Part shown: piece by piece, positions 34,288 through 43,551 of the stretch | Numbering within the stretch: position 1 is the stretch's first letter | How the letters are laid out: each line of letters opens with the position of its first letter | Assembly (NCBI GenBank): GCA_017432485.1 | Contig: JAFRJB010000018.1 | Span: forward strand, 1,953 to 65,952 | DNA length: 64,000 bases | Source: Clostridia bacterium | GTDB lineage: Bacteria > Bacillota > Clostridia > Oscillospirales > Acutalibacteraceae | Direction of reading: 5' to 3' | The notes under the pieces: generated by a model | The model's database searches: none | What the model saw: the letters and a program-made list of their open reading frames with translations, nothing else | Told to the model about the DNA's origin: nothing | Position numbers and translations under genes: made by a program

Positions 34288-35184
34288 ATGTCAAATTACA
34301 GACCTAAACACAGCCGCTCAAAAAGCTATGAGCAGCAATCCCCTCAAATGAGTAAAGAAGAATATCGCATCAAGAAAGAGCAGGAAAGAGCCGAAGCGTA
34401 TGAGATGATTGACGAAGGCATTTCCGATGCTTTGAAAAGTCCCGAATCTTTCAGAGAGTACCTTGATATGCAAGCAAGGATGGACAGGTATTCCGTTGCA
34501 AATACTTTACTCATTAAAAAGCAGTTGCCGGAAGCCACACAGCTTAAAGAATTTAAGGACTGGGCAGAAGCAGGCGTAACCGTAAAAAGGCACCAAAAGA
34601 GCCTTATGCTTTTAGAACCGAAGGAATATACCCGCCAAAACGGCACCATCGGTGTCACCTACGCTGTCAAGAGAGTGTTTGACATCTCACAGACTACGGC
34701 TCGACAGACGAAAAGGCGTGAGAAAAGCAATGACCCTGCAAAACTCATCCCCGCCTTATTGGAAACGAGCCAAATCGACTTTGACAGTGTAAATTCTCTG
34801 CCCGACCTGAATGCCATTGCTTTTTACGATAACGAGAAGAATGTACTTCTTGTAAAAGAGGGTGTCGGTGACAGCACAAAAGTCTTTCAAGCCATTGCAC
34901 AGGAATTATCTCTGGCAGAGATTGCGTACAACTCCGAAACCTATGACCGCAACGAAGCATTATTCCCCGCCGTTTGTGCATCATATATGCTCTGCAAGAA
35001 ATATGGAGTTGATACTGCGGATATCCCGATTGATAAAATGCCTGCCGAATGGGCAAAACTTGAGAACAAGGAAATCCGTGAGAAGCTGACAATGGCAAGA
35101 GATTGTGTCAATGAAATCGGCAGAAACCTTTACCGTGAGCTGAACAAAGAGAAGCAGCCGAGAGTTGCTGACCACGAAAGATAA
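34288..35184 (+). CDS. ArdC_N-like ssDNA-binding (antirestriction-type) protein
   Basis: YLDMQARMDRYSVANTLLIKKQLPEATQLKEFKDWAEAGVTVKRHQKSLMLLEP matches the ArdC N-domain pattern. No HExxH is seen. Ends in DHER. Confidence 0.6.
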   Translation: MSNYRPKHSRSKSYEQQSPQMSKEEYRIKKEQERAEAYEMIDEGISDALKSPESFREYLDMQARMDRYSVANTLLIKKQLPEATQLKEFKDWAEAGVTVKRHQKSLMLLEPKEYTRQNGTIGVTYAVKRVFDISQTTARQTKRREKSNDPAKLIPALLETSQIDFDSVNSLPDLNAIAFYDNEKNVLLVKEGVGDSTKVFQAIAQELSLAEIAYNSETYDRNEALFPAVCASYMLCKKYGVDTADIPIDKMPAEWAKLENKEIREKLTMARDCVNEIGRNLYRELNKEKQPRVADHER

Positions 35185-35195
35185 GGGGTGCAGCT

Positions 35196-35402
35196 ATGTT
35201 AAGAACCAAAAACTATTTTCTCGCTCTGAATAATGAGGAGCACAGCCTACTCCTTCGTGGTATGGAGGCGTTAAAGAATGAAATCAAAGACGGCAAAGAT
35301 ATGGAAGATTGTGTCAAAGCCGTTAATGAGCTGATTGTCAAAATCGGTCACGCAAAAACCAAAACCTTTAAGGTGGTTGACCAAAACCGCGATGCAAGAT
35401 AA
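35196..35402 (+). CDS. hypothetical small protein
   Basis: RBS AAGGGGTG. 68 aa. Ends in NRDAR. Its last codons contain the VirD4-like start. Confidence 0.6.
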   Translation: MLRTKNYFLALNNEEHSLLLRGMEALKNEIKDGKDMEDCVKAVNELIVKIGHAKTKTFKVVDQNRDAR

Positions 35403-37191
35403 GCAAAATAACAAAAAGTCGGTATATATCTTTGCTATCATCGGTATCTTACCCGTCATTTGGTTCGGCGTGGTAATTGCTCCCTATGTCAGCGGCGGTT
35501 TGCCTGCTATCTTAAAAGCATTTACCGGTGCTATGAGCAATCCTTTTTCGATTGAACTTTGCAAGGACAGCTTAAAAACTGTCCTTGCGGTTTTACTCGT
35601 CTATGCTTTAGGCATAGCCATAGTTCTTGCCAGTATGCGCAACTATCGCAAAGGCGAAGAACACGGCTCTGCAAAATGGGGCAGCATTAATCAATTAAAA
35701 AAGAAGTATCAGCAAAAGCCGAAATCATATAATAAGATTTTAACCAATGAAATGAGTATGGGGCTTAATGCAAAGGCACACATGAGAAACCTTAACACTT
35801 TAGTGGTTGGCGGCGCCGGTGCTGGCAAAACATTCTTTTTTGCAAAGCCGAACATCATGCAGTGCAACTGTTCTTTTGTTATCACAGACCCAAAAGGTGA
35901 AATTGTCAGAGATACGGGTGCTCTTCTTGAAGCAAACGGGTACAATGTTTTGGTCGTTGACTTAGTCAATATGTATCGTTCTCATTGCTATAACCCGTTT
36001 AAATATTTGCAAAATGATAATGATGTACAGCGCCTTGTAACGAATCTTTTTAAGGCAACAACGCCAAAGGGTTCTCAAAGTAACGACCCGTTTTGGGATA
36101 CTGCTGCACAAATGCTTTTGTTGGCACTCGTCTTCTATCTTGTCTATGAAGCACCGGAGGAAGAACAAAACTTTGCAATGGTAATGTATATGTTAGGTGA
36201 AGCGGATGTGGGTGAAGAAGAAAATGCCTTGCCAAGTCCTGTTGACTTGCTTTTTCGTGATTTGGAAGAAATCAACGAAAACCACATTGCCTTGAAGTAT
36301 TACCGTGCCTATCGTAGCGGATCCGGCAAAACCTTGAAATCCATTCAAATCACATTGGCGGCAAGACTCGAAAAGTTTAATCTTGATTCTCTTGCCTCAA
36401 TGACTTCCTATGATGAACTTCATCTTGAAAAGATAGGGGAAGAAAAAACCGCACTTTTTGCCGTTATTCCCGATAACGACGCAAGTTTTAATTTCCTCAT
36501 TTCCATTCTTTATACACAGTTGTTCCAACAACTTTTCTATGCTGCAGACCATATCTATAAAGGTGCATTACCGATTTCCGTTCACTTTTGTATGGATGAA
36601 TTTGCAAACATTTCCCTCCCCGATGATTTCGATAAAATCTTAGCAGTTATGCGTTCCAGAGGGGTATCCGTTTCTATCATCTTGCAAAACCTGTCACAGC
36701 TTAAAGCACTTTTTGAAAAGCAGTGGGAGAGCATTGTCGGTAACTGTGATGAATTTCTGTATCTTGGCGGTAATGAACAGTCCACTCATAAATATGTTTC
36801 AGAACAACTTGGAAAAGAAACCATTGATACCAACACCTATGGTAAGAGCATGGGTAGAAACGGTAACTACTCTACCAACTATCAAATCTCCGGCAGAGAG
36901 TTGATGACTCCCGGTGAAGTGCGTATGCTTGATAACAAGTATTGCATTTTATTCATTCGCGGCGAAAGACCGATACTTGATTTAAAGTATAACATCCGTA
37001 GGCACCCCAACTTTGCCCTTACCGAAGATGGTGGAGCAGAACCGTATATCCACGGGAAAGTGGATACAAACATCGCAACGATTTCCATTACGGGAATACG
37101 AGAGTCAAATGAGTCGAATGAATATGTCGAAGGCACTACCGACTATGAAATTCTTACTGAAGAAGAACTTGAACACAAATACAATATTTAA
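35392..37191 (+). CDS. VirD4/TraG-type type IV coupling protein
   Basis: Two N-terminal TM helices, Walker A VVGGAGAGKTFFF, Walker B-like FCMDEF. The start at ATG 35392 (MQDKQNNKK) is preferred over the track's 35335. Confidence 0.88.
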   Translation: MQDKQNNKKSVYIFAIIGILPVIWFGVVIAPYVSGGLPAILKAFTGAMSNPFSIELCKDSLKTVLAVLLVYALGIAIVLASMRNYRKGEEHGSAKWGSINQLKKKYQQKPKSYNKILTNEMSMGLNAKAHMRNLNTLVVGGAGAGKTFFFAKPNIMQCNCSFVITDPKGEIVRDTGALLEANGYNVLVVDLVNMYRSHCYNPFKYLQNDNDVQRLVTNLFKATTPKGSQSNDPFWDTAAQMLLLALVFYLVYEAPEEEQNFAMVMYMLGEADVGEEENALPSPVDLLFRDLEEINENHIALKYYRAYRSGSGKTLKSIQITLAARLEKFNLDSLASMTSYDELHLEKIGEEKTALFAVIPDNDASFNFLISILYTQLFQQLFYAADHIYKGALPISVHFCMDEFANISLPDDFDKILAVMRSRGVSVSIILQNLSQLKALFEKQWESIVGNCDEFLYLGGNEQSTHKYVSEQLGKETIDTNTYGKSMGRNGNYSTNYQISGRELMTPGEVRMLDNKYCILFIRGERPILDLKYNIRRHPNFALTEDGGAEPYIHGKVDTNIATISITGIRESNESNEYVEGTTDYEILTEEELEHKYNI

Positions 37192-37204
37192 TTGGAGGTA
37201 ATCT

Positions 37205-37552
37205 ATGAAAAATGTAAGAAAGCCCACAGGGCTTAAACCCCACAAGGAGCCGATGTCAGCAAAGACAAAGGCTCTTTTTTCTGTCTATATTGCAGTGGTG
37301 ATTTCCGTCTGCTGCTTTGCGGTCACTTCGTTTGCCGCAGGCGACCCGCTGTCCGTTATCAATAACCTGTCCACCTTTATTTTCGGTCTTATCCGTGCTA
37401 TCGGTTTAATTATCTTGGGTTTCGGTGTAGTACAGGTTGGTTTATCCCTTAAATCACACGACCCGTCACAAAGAGCTAACGGACTTTTAACTCTTGCCGG
37501 CGGTGTAGTCATCACCTTTGCAAAAGAAATCTTGAGCCTTATTACAGGTTGA
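37205..37552 (+). CDS. Maff2/VirB2(TrbC)-like small two-TM protein
   Basis: RBS GGAGGT. Signal-like TM helix plus a second TM helix, with GLSLKSHDPSQRANGLLTLAGG between them. The position after VirD4 is typical. Confidence 0.55.
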   Translation: MKNVRKPTGLKPHKEPMSAKTKALFSVYIAVVISVCCFAVTSFAAGDPLSVINNLSTFIFGLIRAIGLIILGFGVVQVGLSLKSHDPSQRANGLLTLAGGVVITFAKEILSLITG

Positions 37553-37938
37553 ATAAGTGTCAACCCGCATCGCATTTGGTGTTTCATTTTCTGTACAGAC
37601 TCTGATTACTGACAATACAGAAATGCAATTTTTATTAATTTTCCACTATGTGAATGTCACTTTTTCTTGCAGATAGATAATTGCTAATGGAAACATTTTA
37701 CAATCTTTTTTCTGCCCTGAAATGCAATCTGTTATCGCATTTCATTTTTTTGTATAGCCTCTTTATAGAATTCGCCATTTCACTGTATGTGAAAACTCTT
37801 TATTTCAAAATTATTTTGATTCTAAATTTGTTTTTTCTTGGCTAACAGAACTTTTACGGTATTATCTTTTGAATATCTTGTTTACCTGTTGAACAATTTT
37901 AAACCATGAACTATAGCACTCACATAGTTATAAAAATA

Positions 37939-37973
37939 AACTAATAGGCTGTTGAAAAAACAGCCTATTAGTT
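37939..37973. terminator. bidirectional 15-bp perfect hairpin
   Basis: AACTAATAGGCTGTT-GAAAA-AACAGCCTATTAGTT, lying between convergent genes. Confidence 0.65.
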
Positions 37974-37990
37974 CAATGTCATTAGATATT

Positions 37991-38755
37991 TTATATTTTT
38001 AAAAATAAACTATTCTTTTTAAAAAGGTTTTTAATTTCTATTTTTTCAGATTTGGTAAATTTTCGATCATTTAAAGAATCAATATATGAAACTAATTCAT
38101 CATACGACATACAAACCGTGATATTATTGTTAATATACTTTATGTCCATTTTTTTATTATGTTCTAAATATATAGTAATTGGTTCATAAAAACCATGTAA
38201 TTGATAATCATCAATGGCTTTTTGAAGATCATGATTTGTATCATAATATCTGTTGATTTCACTTTTATCAATAATATACCAAATACTCTTACTATGTTCA
38301 AATACCTTTGTCGTATAAATAACATTTAAGTACACACTTATCTTTGGCAACTGATCCATTTTTTTATCAATGTAGTATGTGATTGATGTCATATTCGAGA
38401 AATACTGTTCTAAAAGTGTATTAGATATGTCAAAAATAAATGCCTGTTCAGTATTTGAATCTGTCAAAGTGGTCTGACAATGATCAAATACACAAGTTAT
38501 TAATTCATCATTCACAAAAAAAGAGACAGTAAAATACAAGACAGCCTTATAGTTTTTATTAAAGTCTTTGCTTGTTTTTTTAATCTTTAATTCAGTTGTC
38601 TCACTATCCTTTTCTTTAGAAAAAAGTTGAAAGTCAACTTTTTTTTCTATCCACTCATTATTAATTGTAATTATATAAACGCATGCCGATAGTATTGACA
38701 GAATCAAACCACTAGCAATAATCTTTATAAACGCTTCTTTTACGGAAAATTTCAT
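37991..38755 (-). CDS. hypothetical lipoprotein (AT-rich insertion 1)
   Basis: AAAGGATGG precedes the ATG at 38755. MKFSVKEAFIKIIASGLILSILSAC (lipobox LSAC). Confidence 0.6.
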   Translation of the reverse strand: MKFSVKEAFIKIIASGLILSILSACVYIITINNEWIEKKVDFQLFSKEKDSETTELKIKKTSKDFNKNYKAVLYFTVSFFVNDELITCVFDHCQTTLTDSNTEQAFIFDISNTLLEQYFSNMTSITYYIDKKMDQLPKISVYLNVIYTTKVFEHSKSIWYIIDKSEINRYYDTNHDLQKAIDDYQLHGFYEPITIYLEHNKKMDIKYINNNITVCMSYDELVSYIDSLNDRKFTKSEKIEIKNLFKKNSLFLKI

Positions 38756-39047
38756 AAAAACCATCCTTTCAAAACAATATAGGCTTTTCATTACCCTATA
38801 ATTTTATTTATCTTGAATAACGAAATATATAATGAAGTACTATTGTTTAAATGGTTTTTAATCGCCTCCTTTCAAATATAATAACGCACAGAGAGGTTAA
38901 ACAAAAAACATCAACTCCTTTACTCGTTTTTAATATCATTGTAATCAACAAAATGGTTAAGTTATATACTTTTTTTGTATCACAGCTTAATTATATATGT
39001 TAATTTATGAGTTGTCAATAGCACTAACCCTATCATTATTTTGTGAC

Positions 39048-39076
39048 TTGAAATTTGTGTATTTCAACAGTATAAT
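39048..39076 (+). promoter_or_regulatory. sigma-A-type promoter for the ROK gene
   Basis: TTGAAA, 17 nt spacer, TATAAT. Confidence 0.55.
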
Positions 39077-39175
39077 AAACAATATTTCGTTATAGTTGCC
39101 AAACTATTTATGTTGTCTTTTTTTTTTGTATGTGCTATACTAATATTTATAATACTTGTTAAAGGGGTGTTCCGT

Positions 39176-40573
39176 TTGCCAAAAGCATCAGTATCAAAGG
39201 AAAATAAAAAAGATTTTTTAAAAAAATGTTTAATTTATATAAATGCGATTCGACAAAATGGCGGTAGAATTGATAAAGCTGGATTGAAAAATGCCACTGG
39301 GGTTGCTTGGCCAACTTTAGACAATGCAATAAAAAAACATTTTTCCTTATCCTATAGTCCAATTAAACAAAATGACAATGAATTCATACTTGACAGAAAT
39401 TACTCTATTCTTGCAGGAATTAGTATTGGTGCTACACAAATCAAACTTTTTCTTTGCGATTTCTATTATGAGCCTTTATGGACAAACCAATCCTTGCGAA
39501 AAAATCTTTCTCAAGTTTTAGATGATTTAAAATTAGAAGACATTAGAAATAATACAGACAGCCAAAACAATGATGTTGATTGGTCTTACTTTTGTTATAA
39601 AAGAGAAAATTCTATTGAAGGCATTGTTTATAGATTAGAAAAGATTTTTAATGTTCTATTAAAAAATAATTTTCTTTCATCAAATTTATTATCTATAGGT
39701 ATATCGTTTCCTGGCATAATCAACTCAGACTTAAGAATAGATTTTAGTCCAAATATAAAATGTTTAAGGAACATAAATATAAAGGACTTATTATCAAATG
39801 AGTTATGGACAAAACTCAAAGAAAAAAATATCCCGGTTCATTTTGAACATGACACACAAGCAGCGTTAATATATGAAAAAGAACATCTATTTAAGTCTAA
39901 TAAAAACTGGGCATCTAAAAAGAACGTTTGCTGCGTTTATATGGCAGCTGGAATTGGAACTTCTTTAATTATTGATAACACTTTATATAGAGGCACTTCA
40001 AATTCTTTTGGAGAACTAGGACACACACCTGCACCTGATTTGTTAACAAGTAGCATTCCAGATGAAAATTTAACTATAAAAGAAAGAGATGATAAAAATA
40101 ATTATTTTTATAATGAAAAAACTATAATTGTATCACAAAAGAAGAACATAACTCCTTGTGAATGTGGAAAACTTGCTTGTTTAGAAAATGCCTTTAGACG
40201 AAATGTGTTTGATGCTTATGATACTGATAGCTATCTAGATACAATCAATAATACTAAAGAATTAAATAATTTCCATATAAACCATCCATATAGATATCGA
40301 GTTCTAAAAGAGTATTTAGGATATATTATTGGGTTAACAATAAATCTGTTAAATCCTGACATGATCATTTTTTCCGGAAGAATTATGAGAGATATCTCTA
40401 AAATTGGAAATGAACTCAATACAATAAAAGCTAATAGTGCTATTGGCATTCCTGCTGCAAAATGCCAGATCTCTTTAGGTTCAAAAGATATTTTTTCTGC
40501 TGCAGCGGGTGCAGCAATATCTTCCCTTCATTGTTGTATTCAAGAAAAAGATTTTTGTGAAATAAAATGGTGA
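39176..40573 (+). CDS. ROK-family protein (wHTH plus sugar-kinase-like domain; probable repressor)
   Basis: TTG at 39176 follows AAAGGGGTG. ROK zinc motif CECGKLACLE and glycine-rich AAGIGTSLI. The track start at 39110 adds a hydrophobic leader and has no RBS. Confidence 0.75.
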   Translation: MPKASVSKENKKDFLKKCLIYINAIRQNGGRIDKAGLKNATGVAWPTLDNAIKKHFSLSYSPIKQNDNEFILDRNYSILAGISIGATQIKLFLCDFYYEPLWTNQSLRKNLSQVLDDLKLEDIRNNTDSQNNDVDWSYFCYKRENSIEGIVYRLEKIFNVLLKNNFLSSNLLSIGISFPGIINSDLRIDFSPNIKCLRNINIKDLLSNELWTKLKEKNIPVHFEHDTQAALIYEKEHLFKSNKNWASKKNVCCVYMAAGIGTSLIIDNTLYRGTSNSFGELGHTPAPDLLTSSIPDENLTIKERDDKNNYFYNEKTIIVSQKKNITPCECGKLACLENAFRRNVFDAYDTDSYLDTINNTKELNNFHINHPYRYRVLKEYLGYIIGLTINLLNPDMIIFSGRIMRDISKIGNELNTIKANSAIGIPAAKCQISLGSKDIFSAAAGAAISSLHCCIQEKDFCEIKW

Positions 40574-40600
40574 GTCAAAAAAACTTCAATAAATAACTAA

Positions 40601-40633
40601 TTAATGCCTCTAACAATATGTTAGAGGCATTAA
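40601..40633 (+). terminator. 14-bp perfect hairpin at the right edge of AT-rich insertion 1
   Basis: TTAATGCCTCTAAC-AATAT-GTTAGAGGCATTAA. There is no T-run, so it may be a boundary structure rather than a terminator. Confidence 0.4.
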
Positions 40634-40653
40634 TTAATAAGGAGGTGATATCT

Positions 40654-41490
40654 ATGTCAGATAATTGGGTAGTACAAAACCTTCAAAATTCCCTTGATAC
40701 TTGGAATAGTAAAATGACAGAGATATGGGGATTGCTTACACAATCTCCGCAAAATTTCAAAGGCGGTGCCATTTGGAAAGTCATCGTCAATATTAACGGC
40801 ACCTTGCAGGCAATCGGTCTTGCACTGTTGGTGCTGTTTTTTGTGATTGGTATGGTGAAAACCTGCTCATCGTTTACAGATGTAAAGAAACCAGAACACG
40901 CCTTAAAACTCTTTGTGCGCTTTGCTCTTGCAAAAGGCGTTGTCACCTACGGTATGCAGTTAATGCTCGCCCTGTTCAACATCGTGCAAGGTGTCATTTC
41001 CAACATTATGACTTCATCCGGTTTATCCACCACTTCCAAAACCACTCTACCAAACAATATGATAACGGCGATAGAAGGCTGCTCATTTTTAGAGAGCATC
41101 CCCCTATGGGCTGTTACACTAATTGGCGGTCTTGTTATAACCGTATTATCCTTTATTCTTATTTTCACTGTTTACGGCAGGTTCTTCAAACTGTATATGT
41201 ACACAGCATTGGCACCGATACCGCTTTCCACCTTTGCAGGTGAGCCGACACAGAATGTCGGTAAATCTTTCTTAAAGTCTTATTGTGGCGTGCTATTGGA
41301 AGGTGCAGTGATTATTCTTGCGTGTGTTATCTTTTCGCTTTATGCAAACACACCGCCCCATGTCAGTGCTTCTTTAGCGCCGGTTACGATGGTATGGAAA
41401 TATATCGGTGAATTGGCATTTAATATGCTCGTACTTGTTGGCACGGTAAAAATGTCGGATAAAGTTATTCACGAAATGCTAGGCTTTTAA
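40654..41490 (+). CDS. polytopic membrane protein, VirB6/TrbL analogue (CD1112-type)
   Basis: AAGGAGG precedes the ATG at 40654. About 6 TM helices. Position between the Maff2-like and PrgI genes. Confidence 0.6.
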   Translation: MSDNWVVQNLQNSLDTWNSKMTEIWGLLTQSPQNFKGGAIWKVIVNINGTLQAIGLALLVLFFVIGMVKTCSSFTDVKKPEHALKLFVRFALAKGVVTYGMQLMLALFNIVQGVISNIMTSSGLSTTSKTTLPNNMITAIEGCSFLESIPLWAVTLIGGLVITVLSFILIFTVYGRFFKLYMYTALAPIPLSTFAGEPTQNVGKSFLKSYCGVLLEGAVIILACVIFSLYANTPPHVSASLAPVTMVWKYIGELAFNMLVLVGTVKMSDKVIHEMLGF

Positions 41491-41659
41491 TTTAAAAGTT
41501 AGGGAGCTTTACACCTAAATATTAACTCAAATGGAACAATTCCTAATACTTGTTAAAAAGTCCATGTCTTAGCACTGCGTTTCAAAAATGCCAGCCAAAT
41601 GTTTGCCGGTGAATTTGTTGCTTGTTACTGCATTTTTACCACTTATTTTGCAGTTTGTG

Positions 41660-41687
41660 TTGACAAATTTATCCTTTTTTGTATAAT
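41660..41687 (+). promoter_or_regulatory. near-consensus sigma-A promoter
   Basis: TTGACA, 16 nt spacer, TATAAT (preceded by TG). Confidence 0.6.
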
Positions 41688-41744
41688 AAATATGGAAAAC
41701 GCAGAAACTAACTGCAAATATAATACTAAAAGTGGTGAGAAATT

Positions 41745-43064
41745 ATGCAAAGAGATATTACTTTGGATTTAGTGAAATGGAAGAATCAAAAAAAGAGAAA
41801 ACCATTAGTTGTTACGGGAGTTCGTCAATGTGGAAAAACCTATATCATTGATGATTTCGGCAAAAAGTATTATGATGAAATAGCTCCCTTTAATTTTGAA
41901 AAGCAGGAAGCGCTTTCCGGTATCTTTGAAAATGACTACGATACTGACAGAATCATTTTTGAACTTGGTTTATTTTTTGGTAAAACAATAAAACCTGAAA
42001 AAACACTGATATTCTTTGATGAAATTCAAGCATGTTCAAGAGCAATCACCTCGCTCAAATATTTCTGCGAAAATGCTCCGCAGTACCATATTGTTTGTGC
42101 GGGGTCTTTGCTGGGTGTAAAATTGAGTAAAGAATCTTCATTCCCTGTAGGGAAAGTGGAATTTGTTACAATGTATCCTATGAGTTTTTCAGAGTTTGTG
42201 AGAGCAAATGGAGAGGATATGCTGGCGGACTATATTTCCGATTTTGATGTTTCAAAAAACATTCCCGAAGCTATCGGTAACAAACTCAGCCATTTATTGC
42301 GCCAATATTATGTAACCGGCGGAATGCCTGAGGTTGTTCAGAGTTGGTGTGAGACAAATGATATTGAGCAAGTTGAAGCAAAACAGCAGGAAATTATTGA
42401 CGGCTATGAGTTTGACTTTGCAAAACACGCACCAATTAAGGATTTTCCAAAGCTCACTGCAATTTGGAAATCTATTCCAATTCAGCTTGCAAAAGAGAAT
42501 AACAAATTTATTTTCGGTCATGTGAAAAAGGGCTGGCGCTCAAAGGACTTAGAAGATGCATTGGAATGGCTTGTTAACGCAGGTTTAGTATATAAGGTTT
42601 GCCAAATTGAAAAACCGTTTTTTCCCCTTTCAGCTTATGAAAAGCCGACTGCTTTTAAATTATATTTATGCGATATAGGGCTGCTTCGCAAGCTATCGGG
42701 TGTACCATATCAAGTTGTCCTTGAAAGTTCGAGTATCTATACAGAGTTCAAAGGTGCCATGACAGAAAACTATGTTCTCGGAGAACTTGTTAAAAAGGTT
42801 TATAAAACACCATATTACTGGAATTCAGGTAACACCGCGGAAGTAGATTTTGTGATACAGTCAGGTTCGGAAATTGTACCGATTGAGGTCAAATCTGAAA
42901 AGAATGTTAAGGCAAAATCACTTTCAGTATATTGTAAGAAATACAATCCGGGCTATGCAGTCAAAACATCTATGAAAAATGACACAAATGGTAATGAATT
43001 TCTCAATATGCCGCTATATATCATTTCTTCATTAAACAAATTCATCAAAAATAAATCGTTATAA
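41745..43064 (+). CDS. AAA-family ATPase with a DUF4143-type C-terminal domain (AT-rich insertion 2)
   Basis: Walker A VTGVRQCGKTY, Walker B LIFFDEIQ, and a C-terminal restriction-endonuclease-like EVDFV...IEVK. Confidence 0.75.
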   Translation: MQRDITLDLVKWKNQKKRKPLVVTGVRQCGKTYIIDDFGKKYYDEIAPFNFEKQEALSGIFENDYDTDRIIFELGLFFGKTIKPEKTLIFFDEIQACSRAITSLKYFCENAPQYHIVCAGSLLGVKLSKESSFPVGKVEFVTMYPMSFSEFVRANGEDMLADYISDFDVSKNIPEAIGNKLSHLLRQYYVTGGMPEVVQSWCETNDIEQVEAKQQEIIDGYEFDFAKHAPIKDFPKLTAIWKSIPIQLAKENNKFIFGHVKKGWRSKDLEDALEWLVNAGLVYKVCQIEKPFFPLSAYEKPTAFKLYLCDIGLLRKLSGVPYQVVLESSSIYTEFKGAMTENYVLGELVKKVYKTPYYWNSGNTAEVDFVIQSGSEIVPIEVKSEKNVKAKSLSVYCKKYNPGYAVKTSMKNDTNGNEFLNMPLYIISSLNKFIKNKSL

Positions 43065-43111
43065 TCACTGGTATTGCAACGATAAAACAACAAAAAACTC
43101 ATAAAATCCAA

Positions 43112-43148
43112 AAAATCGTTATTTTTCATCAAGAAAAATAACGATTTT
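43112..43148 (+). terminator. 16-bp perfect hairpin terminator
   Basis: AAAATCGTTATTTTTC-ATCAA-GAAAAATAACGATTTT followed by GCTTTT. Confidence 0.75.
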
Positions 43149-43167
43149 GCTTTTAAAGGAGGTTGAA

Positions 43168-43551
43168 ATGAGAGTACAAATCAATAACGAGTTTCGCGAT
43201 TACAGCGAATCCATCTTTTTCGGGCTGAACCTGCGTCAGCTCATTTTTTCTGCCTGCGCCTGCGGTGCAGCAGTCGGCTCATATTTCCTGTTAAGAAATC
43301 ATTTGAGCCTTGAAACCCTTTCTTGGTTATGCGTTTTAATCGCATCTCCCTTTGCCGCTTTAGGCTTTGTTAAGTACAACGGTATGACAGCAGAGAAAAT
43401 CTTATGGGCATGGATAAAAAGTGAAATCCTAATACCCTATGAACTCAAATTCAAGAGCAAAAATGCTTTTGAAACCCTACTCATCGAGGAAGAAGAACCC
43501 AAGAAAAAGAAACACAAAAAGGAGGAACCCAATGCCAAAAAAGAAAATTAA
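43168..43551 (+). CDS. PrgI-family conjugation membrane protein
   Basis: AAAGGAGG precedes the ATG at 43168. FGLNLRQLIFSACACGAAVGSYFLL plus a second TM helix. Confidence 0.75.
   Translation: MRVQINNEFRDYSESIFFGLNLRQLIFSACACGAAVGSYFLLRNHLSLETLSWLCVLIASPFAALGFVKYNGMTAEKILWAWIKSEILIPYELKFKSKNAFETLLIEEEEPKKKKHKKEEPNAKKEN

Noticed and set aside
35335-35391. Upstream start (track) for the VirD4-like gene, and likewise 39110 for ROK, 43439 for VirB4, 40618 for VirB6-like and 61479 for the regulator
   Set aside because: The extensions lack RBSs or add implausible leaders, while internal starts have good RBSs and match family N-termini. The coordinates in the features list use the internal starts.
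37673-37691. AGATAATTGCTAATGGAAA shares the first ~12 nt with the 19-bp dyad (AGATAATTGTTAGTTATCC)
   Set aside because: Only one half-site is present, and it lies in a different AT-rich insertion far from the regulon. The match is probably chance in AT-rich DNA.
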